Notes under the pieces: model-generated
The model's input: only the letters and a program-made list of their open reading frames with translations
The model's database searches: none
Told to the model about the DNA's origin: nothing
Shown: positions 20,391 to 28,511 of the stretch, piece by piece
Layout of the letters: the number at the start of each line of letters is the position of its first letter
Position numbering within the stretch: position 1 is the first letter of the stretch
Translations under genes and position numbers: made by a program
Assembly (NCBI GenBank): GCA_020722095.1
Contig: DYLM01000001.1
Location: 49,152 to 113,151 of the forward strand
Length of the DNA: 64,000 bases
Source of the DNA: Chloroherpeton thalassium
Lineage (GTDB): Bacteria > Bacteroidota > Ignavibacteria > Kapaibacteriales > UBA2268
Direction of reading: 5' to 3'

Positions 20391-23300
20391 ATGAAAACAA
20401 ATTTTCTTGAAATATTCAAACAAACTGACGAAATCTTCCGCTCTTATGATTATACTTTTGATGAAAAAGTTAGGAAAACTCAAAATATTTTTCATAGCTA
20501 CTTTACGTTTATAAAAAGTGTACGTATTATTTTAGACCAAAAAAGCTACGAAACCGATAATTTTTCTGAAACAAGAGATAAAGTGATTAAAACAGCTATT
20601 ATTTCTAATGTTGTATTAGGTATTATCGAAGTTTTCTATGATTCTAATTACAGTATGGATTTTAATAAAGAGGAATTCGAATTCTTTTTTGGACTATTTG
20701 TGGATAAAATTGCCAATTTTGTTTTTATAAATAAATTAGAAAAAACACTTAGAGATATTGAGCAAGAAAAGCGAAATTTAGAAATAAATCATAGAACAAA
20801 ATATGCAATAGTTCTTGATTTACTAAGAAACACTGATAGAAATCTTTACACTATCATTACTCGTAAAATGCTGAATTTCCTATTAATTAAAGGTATTCCC
20901 GAATCAAATTTATATTTTGAAAAACTCGGCACTCGCCTTGATGAAATGACCGATGTAACAAGCGAAATCAATCGTCCATCTAAGAAGCAAGTGCTTGAAC
21001 AAATTTTCTATTTATCTAATGATATTTTCAAATTAGCAGAAAAATACTTGAACGAAGACTTTATTGTCACCCAAATTCATCGTTGGGTAAATGATGAAAA
21101 TGCTAAGCATGTTACCAAAACTCTAAACGATCCCAATACTTCACTCTTCGATATTGGCGAGGCAATTCGTAGATTTTATAAGATGAACCCGGTAGATTCT
21201 AAAGATTCATCTGCTCAATCAATTGGAATGGTTGTATCATTGGTAAGAAGGTTTTTCTCGGAACAATTAGAATTTATTGATATTGCAAAAAATATTTTTA
21301 CAATCAAAGATTTTTATGAATTATTGCCGAGCATAATTTTTGCTTCAGAAAGTTATGGCACAATTGGTGGCAAAGGTTCCGGGATATTATTAGCAGCAAA
21401 AATTATTGAGAAAGAGAAAGAAAATCATCCAATTCTCAAGTCAATAAAAATTCCACGAACTTGGTTCATTCCTTCTGATGGGGAAAATAATTTTATTTAT
21501 TATAATAATTTGGAAGATGTTATTGAACAAAAATATCGCTCATTAGATGAAATTCGCAAAGAATATCCTTACACAATGCAGGTTTTTAAGAATTCACAGT
21601 TTCCAGATGAAGTTATTAACGGATTATCAAGAGTATTAGATGAAATTGGGGATAATCCAATCGTTATTAGAAGTTCCAGTTTATTAGAAGATAGAATGGG
21701 CACTGCATTTGCTGGTAAGTACAAAAGCCTCTTTGTGGCAAACCAAGGCACAAAACAAGAAAAATTAGATGCAATTTTAGATGCAGTAGCAGAAGTCTAC
21801 GCTTCCGTCTTCTCGCCTGATCCAATTAGTTACCGAAAGGAGAAAGGATTTCTTGATTTTAACGAAGGAATGGGAATAATTATTCAAGAAGTTGTTGGAG
21901 TGCGAGCGGGCGATTATTATTTCCCTGCTTTTGCTGGCGTGGGTTTCTCTAACAATGAATTTCGTTGGAGTCCTCGTATTAAACGCGAAGATGGACTTTT
22001 GCGATTAGTTCCGGGATTAGGCACGCGAGCGGTAGATAGAATTGGCAATGACTTCCCAATTTTGATTGCACCTGGTCAGATGAATTTAAGAATTAATCAA
22101 AATTTAAAAGATGCCATTACTTACTCTCCAAGATATATTGATGTTATTAATTTAAAAACAAATACGTTTGAAACTATTTCAATTAAAGATTTGATTAAAA
22201 ATGCTGGTAATCAATTCCCTCTTTTAAATGAAATATTTTCAATAATTGAAGATCACAATATAAAATCTCCAATTGGTCTGGGAATTGACACTAAAAAAGA
22301 CGAAATTATCGTTACATTCAACAATTTAATTACTCGTACTCCATATATTAAGCAATTAAAAGAACTTCTCGAAGTGCTAAAAGAGAATTTTGGACTTCCT
22401 GTTGATATTGAATTTGCTTGCGATGGCAAGAATTTATATCTTCTGCAATGTCGCCAGCAAAGTGCATTTGACTCTGAATTTACTGCATCAGTTATTCCAG
22501 AGAATATTCATAGAGAAAGAACTATTTTTAAAGCACAAAAACATATATCAAACGGAAAAATTCCTGATATTGCTTACATAGTTTATGTTGATCCTGATAA
22601 TTATACAAATGCAAAATCTATCCAAGAATTGGAAGAAACAGCCCGAGCAGTCGGGAGACTCAATCAAACTTTACCCAAACGCAGCTTCATATTAATTGGT
22701 CCAGGAAGATGGGGCACTCGTGATGATATTAGATTGGGAGTGAAAATCTCTTACTCAGATATTAATAATACTGCAATGTTAGTTGAAGTTGCAAAATCCA
22801 AAGGTTCATACACACCTGAATTATCCTTTGGAACTCACTTTTTCCAAGACTTGGTGGAAAGCCAGATTTACTATTTGCCACTTTATCCAGATAAAGAGGA
22901 GACAATGTTCAATTATGAATTTTTCAATAATGCAAATAATACTTTAGAAAGATTTGTTCCTGAATATTCACATATTTCGCACATCTTAAAAGTTATTAAT
23001 GTTCGTGAAGAAGCTAATGGAAGTATTCTAAGAATATTGGCAAATTCAGAGGAAGAAAAAGCAATAGCATTTTTAAGTAAAATTGATGGGAAAATTGAAA
23101 CAGTTGATTCAGATATTTCCAAACCTAATGTTTCGGAAGCTCAAAGCTGGAGATTGAGAATGGCAGAGGCTTTCGCAAATTCCATTGATATTGAAAAATA
23201 TCAAATCAAAGGAATTTACTTGGCTGGTTCAGTGTTTAAATCTCAAGCACGGCCAGATTCCGACATTGACATTTTTGTACATATTAATGATGAATCTCCT

Positions 23301-23492
23301 TTTAGAAAAGAGTTTATTGATTGGTGCAATGGTTGGAACTCTGCATTAGTTAATATTAATTTTAATCGTTCTGGATATAAAATGGAAAAAATATTAGATG
23401 TTTCTGTTTTTGATGATGAGGAATTAAATCAAAATCAATTCTATCAAGATATAATCAATCCAACAAAATATAAATCCAAGAAATTAAGATAA
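20391..23492 (+). CDS. multidomain protein: unknown N-terminal ~300 aa, then a PEP-synthase/pyruvate-phosphate-dikinase-type ATP-binding domain (PPDK_N-like), then a C-terminal minimal nucleotidyltransferase
   Basis: 1033 aa. GTIGGKGSGILLAAKI (cf. GGKGANLAEM); PIVIRSSSLLEDRMGTAFAGKYKS (cf. VAVRSSATAEDLPxASFAGQ); VDIEFACDGKNLYLLQCRQ (end of PPDK_N); C-terminal GIYLAGSVFKSQARPDSDIDIFVHI (GS...DxD pol-beta-type nucleotidyltransferase). No TSH phospho-His swivel and no PEP-utilizer barrel. Confidence 0.6.
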   Translation: MKTNFLEIFKQTDEIFRSYDYTFDEKVRKTQNIFHSYFTFIKSVRIILDQKSYETDNFSETRDKVIKTAIISNVVLGIIEVFYDSNYSMDFNKEEFEFFFGLFVDKIANFVFINKLEKTLRDIEQEKRNLEINHRTKYAIVLDLLRNTDRNLYTIITRKMLNFLLIKGIPESNLYFEKLGTRLDEMTDVTSEINRPSKKQVLEQIFYLSNDIFKLAEKYLNEDFIVTQIHRWVNDENAKHVTKTLNDPNTSLFDIGEAIRRFYKMNPVDSKDSSAQSIGMVVSLVRRFFSEQLEFIDIAKNIFTIKDFYELLPSIIFASESYGTIGGKGSGILLAAKIIEKEKENHPILKSIKIPRTWFIPSDGENNFIYYNNLEDVIEQKYRSLDEIRKEYPYTMQVFKNSQFPDEVINGLSRVLDEIGDNPIVIRSSSLLEDRMGTAFAGKYKSLFVANQGTKQEKLDAILDAVAEVYASVFSPDPISYRKEKGFLDFNEGMGIIIQEVVGVRAGDYYFPAFAGVGFSNNEFRWSPRIKREDGLLRLVPGLGTRAVDRIGNDFPILIAPGQMNLRINQNLKDAITYSPRYIDVINLKTNTFETISIKDLIKNAGNQFPLLNEIFSIIEDHNIKSPIGLGIDTKKDEIIVTFNNLITRTPYIKQLKELLEVLKENFGLPVDIEFACDGKNLYLLQCRQQSAFDSEFTASVIPENIHRERTIFKAQKHISNGKIPDIAYIVYVDPDNYTNAKSIQELEETARAVGRLNQTLPKRSFILIGPGRWGTRDDIRLGVKISYSDINNTAMLVEVAKSKGSYTPELSFGTHFFQDLVESQIYYLPLYPDKEETMFNYEFFNNANNTLERFVPEYSHISHILKVINVREEANGSILRILANSEEEKAIAFLSKIDGKIETVDSDISKPNVSEAQSWRLRMAEAFANSIDIEKYQIKGIYLAGSVFKSQARPDSDIDIFVHINDESPFRKEFIDWCNGWNSALVNINFNRSGYKMEKILDVSVFDDEELNQNQFYQDIINPTKYKSKKLR

Positions 23493-23536
23493 TAATAAGT
23501 ATTGGAACTTTGGTAAATATTCCCATTCTCGTAGGA

Positions 23537-23788
23537 GGTTGTCTCATAAGTCCCAGATATTTCAAAATTGTCATTCCCGTGAAAACGGTAATTTATATCC
23601 TCCCCCTTAATCCCCCTCAAAGAGGGGGAATACAAGGGGGAGGTTCTTATAAAAATATTCAAATTTGTAGTGAGGTTATATCATAAGTCAATTAAATGCA
23701 ACTTATAACATTAAGAATAAGGAATTACGGAGAATTCAAAAGAACTTAGTAGAGCATACATCCTTGTTTGCTAACTTATGAGACAACC
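23537..23788. mobile_element. MITE-like element, left copy of an inverted pair (252 bp; terminal inverted repeats GGTTGTCTCATAAGT / ACTTATGAGACAACC)
   Basis: Perfect 15-bp termini. Internal GUCAUUCCCGUGAAAACGG hairpin remnant and the nested GC hairpin CCTCCCCCTTAATCCCCCTCAAAGAGGGGGAATACAAGGGGGAGG (23599-23643). About 95% identical to the reverse complement of 24911-25160. Confidence 0.75.
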
Positions 23789-23827
23789 TGTTATTTAATT
23801 CTCATTATTTTAGCACAGATAAAGTTC

Positions 23828-23854
23828 ATCTCAAAGATGAGATCTTTTTTTTTT
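23828..23854 (+). terminator. candidate rho-independent terminator (ATCTCA-AAGA-TGAGAT followed by T10)
   Basis: 6-bp stem followed by a 10-T run, downstream of the 1033-aa gene and the left MITE. Confidence 0.4.
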
Positions 23855-23915
23855 ATAAACCTTTTTTTTGATAATTATAATAAAGAATTATTATTCCAGA
23901 TGTGGCACATCTAAA

Positions 23916-23946
23916 TTGACAAAAATATATGTTAAGCCTCTATAAT
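23916..23946 (+). promoter_or_regulatory. sigma70-like TTGACA-N19-TATAAT, immediately preceded by the 15-bp palindrome AGATGTGGCACATCT (23898-23912)
   Basis: Seen in sequence only. It would drive transcription antisense to the cyclophilin gene. In an AT-rich genome this could be chance. Confidence 0.2.
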
Positions 23947-24039
23947 ATAACATTATAGCTCATAAATACGGCGGAAAGGCTCTGTGAAATGTATTTTTTA
24001 CTCTTGTCATCGTATTTTTATCTTCAAACACATTTTTAC

Positions 24040-24067
24040 AAAAAAAAATCCCCGCTTTCGTCGGGGA
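24040..24067 (-). terminator. rho-independent terminator of the cyclophilin gene
   Basis: GC stem TCCCCG/CGGGGA with a 7-nt loop, followed on the minus strand by a 9-U run. Lies about 130 bp downstream of the stop at 24200. Confidence 0.55.
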
Positions 24068-24199
24068 TTAATAATGTATGATTCAATAATAAAAAAACCT
24101 TCCTAATGGTTCAGGAAAAATTCAACACTATGCTTAAGCATAGGGTTGATGGGAGAAACTAAACTTTCGGAAGGTTGTAATATTTTTTTTAAATTAATT

Positions 24200-24814
24200 T
24201 TACTTTAATTTAACTATCTTCATTTCGATTTTTTCTAATGGATTATCGCGTGCATCTCGTGGTGAATTAACGATTTTATCAACAACTTCCATTCCTGAAT
24301 TAACTTGACCAAATATAGAATATTGTCCATCAAGCCATTTGGCATCAGCAACACAGATAAAGAATTGTGATGATGCCGAGTTTGGATCTTGGGAACGGGC
24401 TGCTGAGATAATTCCTCTTTTATGCTCTAATTTGCTAAATTCAGCAGGAACGCGCTTTTGGTCGGGTCTTCCCATTCCCCATTTGTCTTTGGGTTCTGAC
24501 TTGGAATTAGGATCGCCACCTTGAATCATAAAGTTAGGAATAACTCTATGGAATGCCGTACCATCATAAAACTTGATAGCAACTAAACTATCAAAATTTG
24601 CTACATGTTTTGGAGCAACATCGGGAAACAATTCAATTTGAATTTTTCCAAGTTCATTTGCACCTTGAGTACAAGTAATTTCATATTTTGGATTATTGGT
24701 CACTTTTTTAGCCTCATTTTTTTTAGGGTCGCTAAAGCCATTAGTTGTAATCATAATAAATATGGCAATAAACACTGCTACAATAGCAACTGGTGTGATA
24801 ATTTTTTTATTCAT
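24200..24814 (-). CDS. ppiB: membrane-anchored cyclophilin-type peptidyl-prolyl cis-trans isomerase
   Basis: 204 aa. N-terminal transmembrane/signal segment; FHRVIPNFMIQGGD cyclophilin signature. Confidence 0.85.
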   Translation of the reverse strand: MNKKIITPVAIVAVFIAIFIMITTNGFSDPKKNEAKKVTNNPKYEITCTQGANELGKIQIELFPDVAPKHVANFDSLVAIKFYDGTAFHRVIPNFMIQGGDPNSKSEPKDKWGMGRPDQKRVPAEFSKLEHKRGIISAARSQDPNSASSQFFICVADAKWLDGQYSIFGQVNSGMEVVDKIVNSPRDARDNPLEKIEMKIVKLK

Positions 24815-24910
24815 AATTTTCCTTTTTTTTGTATTAAGTCGTTTTCTACTAAAATTTATTGAAAAGAAAGTGATTTATTATTAAAAAGGTCATAAATCTA
24901 CTCTTCCTCA

Positions 24911-25160
24911 TTTGTCTCATAAGTTAGCAAACAAGGATGTATGCTCTACTAAGTTCTTTTGAATTCTCCGTAATTCCTTATTCTTAATGTTATAAGTTGC
25001 ATTTAATTGACTTATGATATAACCTCACTACAAATTTGAATATTTTTATAAGAACCTCCCCCTTTATATTTCCCTCTTTGAGGGGGATTAAGGGGGAGGA
25101 TATAAATTACCGTTTTCACAGGTATGACAATTTTGAAATATCTGGGACTTATGAGACAAC
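24911..25160. mobile_element. MITE-like element, right copy of the inverted pair (reverse complement of 23537-23788, ~95% identity)
   Basis: Direct comparison of the two copies finds only two short mismatch patches (GTCATACCTGTG vs GTCATTCCCGTG; AGAGGGAAATATAAAGGGGG vs AGAGGGGGAATACAAGGGGG). Confidence 0.75.
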
Positions 25161-25261
25161 CTCTTTTGTCTCAGAACTTTCCTAAGGTTTCAAACCTTCG
25201 GAAGGTTAAAATTCCTCCCAACGTCCAACACCTTCATAACATTATCAAATTATCTAATTTT

Positions 25262-26299
25262 CTATTTGATTTCCCAAGAATCAATTCCTCTCATCAATTT
25301 CTCAACATCGCCTTCGCCAAGTGTAGCTACTGTATCTTCGATTTGTTTGTTGACTAATTCATCGTAAGCAGGCTTATTAACATCAAGGAACACACCAAAA
25401 GGTCTTGGCAAATCATTATCATACGACATCGAGGAAATCATTTGAGCAAGTGCTAAGTTCTTCTCGTTATGGATAATCAATTTATCTTTATTTTCATCGT
25501 TTAATTCTACTTCGGTTGGAGCAAAATTATCAATCAAAATACCTTTTTCTTTGTTCTTACCAAATACAAGTGGCTTGCCATCTTCAATGAAGACTGCATT
25601 TTCATCCATATAATGCTTATCGGTCCATTTATCAAATACGCCATCAGTGAAAATCACACAATTTGAGTAAATTTCAATATAAGCAATACCTTTATGCTCG
25701 GCTGCTCTTTTCATCACATAAGCTAAGTGCTTAGGATTGCTGTAAGTAGTGCGTGCTACAAAAGTTGCACCACTACCTAAAGCCAAAGCAACAGGATTGA
25801 ACGGATAATCAATCACGCCAAAAGGCGAAGATTTAGTTTTTGCACCAACTTGTGATGTAGGAGAATACTGTCCTTTAGTCATTGAGTAGATTTGATTATT
25901 CAACATCAAAATCTTCAAATCCATATTTCTACGGATAGCGTGAATAAAGTGATTACCACCAATTGCCATTGCATCGCCATCACCAGTAATAACCCAAACG
26001 GACAAATCAGGATTAGCAATTTTGATACCCGAAGCCACTGGCAATGCTCTACCGTGCAATGTGTGGAATCCATAAGTATTCATATAATATGGGAAACGGC
26101 TCGAGCAACCGATACCCGATACAACACAGAATTTCTCGCGTGGAATGCCAAGAGTAGGCATTAATTTCTGCAATTGAGCCAAAACTGAATAGTCTCCACA
26201 TCCAGCACACCAACGAACATCAATTGGAGTTTTAAAATCTTTTGCAGTCAATTCAACTGTAGGAATTTTATTTATATTTGAATTATCTATCATTGTCAT
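25262..26299 (-). CDS. korB: 2-oxoglutarate/2-oxoacid:ferredoxin oxidoreductase beta subunit (TPP-binding)
   Basis: 345 aa. CAGCGDYSV ... GDGD TPP motif. Confidence 0.85.
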   Translation of the reverse strand: MTMIDNSNINKIPTVELTAKDFKTPIDVRWCAGCGDYSVLAQLQKLMPTLGIPREKFCVVSGIGCSSRFPYYMNTYGFHTLHGRALPVASGIKIANPDLSVWVITGDGDAMAIGGNHFIHAIRRNMDLKILMLNNQIYSMTKGQYSPTSQVGAKTKSSPFGVIDYPFNPVALALGSGATFVARTTYSNPKHLAYVMKRAAEHKGIAYIEIYSNCVIFTDGVFDKWTDKHYMDENAVFIEDGKPLVFGKNKEKGILIDNFAPTEVELNDENKDKLIIHNEKNLALAQMISSMSYDNDLPRPFGVFLDVNKPAYDELVNKQIEDTVATLGEGDVEKLMRGIDSWEIK

Positions 26300-26303
26300 T
26301 TTA

Positions 26304-28175
26304 TTATTCCTTGTTTAATAATTTAACTAATTCAGTTTCGATTTCTATTGCTGTGAAAGGTTTGCCATGCAATTTGCTGTATGTTATCACATCTCGCAAG
26401 TAATTAGATTTAATTAAAGTGCTTAATTGTCCTAAATTCATTTCTGGAATGAAAATTCTTTTGAATTTTGATAAAATCTCGCCCAGATTTGCGGGGAATG
26501 GATTTAACCAACGCAAATGAACAAATGATAATTTTTCGCCATTTGCAACTAATTTATCAAAAGTATTTTTAATTGCTCCATAAGATGAACCCCAACCGAT
26601 AATCAATAAATCGCCTGATTGTTCGCCTTCAATAACTGCATCTGGTACTTCATTAACAACTCTTGCAACTTTGTCGGCTCTTAATCCACACATTAATTGG
26701 TGATTATAAGGTTCTTGAGTAACCAAACCAGTAATATTTTCTTTTTCCAATCCACCAATTTGGTGCTCAAATCCTTTCATACCTGGAATTGCCCAAGGAC
26801 GAGCTAAAGTATTTTCATCTCTTGAATAAGGGTGGAAAGTTTCTGGATTGTCGGCATATTTAAAATCAAATTCTGGTAATTCTTCCATTGAAGGAACTCG
26901 CCAAGGTTCTGTACCTTGTGCTAAATAACCATCAGTTAATACAATAACAGGAGTCATATATTTTAAAGCAACTTGCGAAGCTTCGTAGCAAGCATAGAAG
27001 CAATCGTTTGCACTTTTTGCAGCAATAATTGGCATTGGAGCTTCGCCGTGGCGACCGTACATTGCCATTAATAAATCACTTTGCTCTGGTTTAGTTGGCA
27101 TTCCAGTACTTGGACCTGCTCTCTGAACATCCACAACCACCAAAGGTAATTCCATCATAACAGCCAAACCCATAGCTTCTACTTTCAACGAAAGTCCAGG
27201 ACCAGATGTAGTTGTACAAGCTAAATTCCCCGCAAATGATGCTCCGATGGCTGATGCAATACCAGCAATTTCGTCTTCGGCTTGGAGGATTTTAACTCCA
27301 TATTGTTTATAACCAGATAAGTGATGTAAAATTTCCGTAGCAGGAGTGATTGGATAAGAACCCAAATATAAAGGCAGATTTGCTTTTTTTGCAGCGGCAA
27401 CTAATCCCAACGCAGCGGCTTCATTTCCAGTAATATTTCTATAAAAGCCTGGTTCGGGTTTAGCATTAGGAATGCTATAATGGAATGTAAATTCAGGTGA
27501 ATTTTTTGCATATTCATAGCCCGCTTTCAAAGCACGAACATTTGACTCGTAAATTTCGATTTTTTTGCCAAATTTTTTGTTCAACCATTTGATTGAATAA
27601 TCCATTGGTTGATTAAATAGCCAGTATGCTACGCCTAATGCAAAAAAGTTTTTAGTTCTTTCCACTTGATTAACAGTTAAGTTCAAATCCTTTACAGCTT
27701 CCTTCATAATATCAGATACACCAATTCCGTGCACTGTATATTTGGATAAAGAGCCATCTTCCAAAGGATTTGATTCATATTTTGCTAAAGTGAGATTTTT
27801 TTGACCAAAACCATCAGCATTAGCAACAATAATTGCACCATCACGTAAATTTGGAATATTTACTTTAAGTGAAGCTGCGTTCATAGCAAATAGAACATCA
27901 ATTTTATCGCCCATAGTGTTCATTTTCTTTGAACCAAAATGGACTTGATAAGCGCTAACACCATAAAGAGTGCCAACTGGTGGACGAATTTCTGATGGAT
28001 AATCGGGAAAAGTATTTACATCTGTTCCGATGATACCAGCGTTATTCGAAAAAAGATTACCTGTGATTTGCATACCATCGCCAGAGTCTCCAGCGAAACG
28101 TATGGTCAAATCATTTGCGATTTCAATGCGTTTTTCCATAACAAAATTTAAAAAATACAAAAAATATATTTTCAA
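26304..28175 (-). CDS. korA: 2-oxoglutarate/2-oxoacid:ferredoxin oxidoreductase alpha subunit
   Basis: 623 aa. Pyruvate-flavodoxin/ferredoxin oxidoreductase domains; adjacent to and co-oriented with korB. Confidence 0.85.
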   Translation of the reverse strand: MKIYFLYFLNFVMEKRIEIANDLTIRFAGDSGDGMQITGNLFSNNAGIIGTDVNTFPDYPSEIRPPVGTLYGVSAYQVHFGSKKMNTMGDKIDVLFAMNAASLKVNIPNLRDGAIIVANADGFGQKNLTLAKYESNPLEDGSLSKYTVHGIGVSDIMKEAVKDLNLTVNQVERTKNFFALGVAYWLFNQPMDYSIKWLNKKFGKKIEIYESNVRALKAGYEYAKNSPEFTFHYSIPNAKPEPGFYRNITGNEAAALGLVAAAKKANLPLYLGSYPITPATEILHHLSGYKQYGVKILQAEDEIAGIASAIGASFAGNLACTTTSGPGLSLKVEAMGLAVMMELPLVVVDVQRAGPSTGMPTKPEQSDLLMAMYGRHGEAPMPIIAAKSANDCFYACYEASQVALKYMTPVIVLTDGYLAQGTEPWRVPSMEELPEFDFKYADNPETFHPYSRDENTLARPWAIPGMKGFEHQIGGLEKENITGLVTQEPYNHQLMCGLRADKVARVVNEVPDAVIEGEQSGDLLIIGWGSSYGAIKNTFDKLVANGEKLSFVHLRWLNPFPANLGEILSKFKRIFIPEMNLGQLSTLIKSNYLRDVITYSKLHGKPFTAIEIETELVKLLNKE

Positions 28176-28322
28176 AATTATGAAAAAAAAACGTGCTTTT
28201 GTTAATATTTTATGAAAATTGTATAATTTTATTTTAGACTTAATTACTATAAAAAGTTAAAACTTATCATAATTTTACCTATTATGAATAATAATTAATT
28301 TAAAAAATATTTTAAATTTTTC

Positions 28323-28502
28323 TTATTTAAACAACTTATTTTGTATTAAAGATTTTAAAGGAATAGCAATTAACAATGCCAATCCTCCCAAAATAAGCCA
28401 AAATACGACAGTGAATGTAATACTAATTAGCCAAAAGAAAATACGAATTGCAAACACACCGACTATAATTGCAATTGCCCAACTGAATATTGTTTTAAAC
28501 AT
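28323..28502 (-). CDS. small (59-aa) two-transmembrane-helix membrane protein, hypothetical
   Basis: Manual translation of the minus strand gives MFKTIFSWAIAIIVGVFAIRIFFWLISITFTVVFWLILGGLALLIAIPLKSLIQNKLFK. It lies between dnaE and korA and falls below the 60-aa cutoff of the ORF track. Confidence 0.35.
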   Translation of the reverse strand: MFKTIFSWAIAIIVGVFAIRIFFWLISITFTVVFWLILGGLALLIAIPLKSLIQNKLFK

Positions 28503-28511
28503 AATGTACCT

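Noticed and set aside
22913-23122. HEPN partner or antitoxin ORF for the C-terminal minimal nucleotidyltransferase of the 1033-aa protein
   Set aside because: The only ORFs nearby are antisense, low-complexity ORFs inside the gene. Downstream is a MITE and a terminator.
25124-25357. 77-aa plus-strand ORF, and the similar 72-aa ORF at 23444-23662
   Set aside because: They start inside the MITE copies flanking the cyclophilin gene and overlap the korB 3' end. They are repeat-derived.
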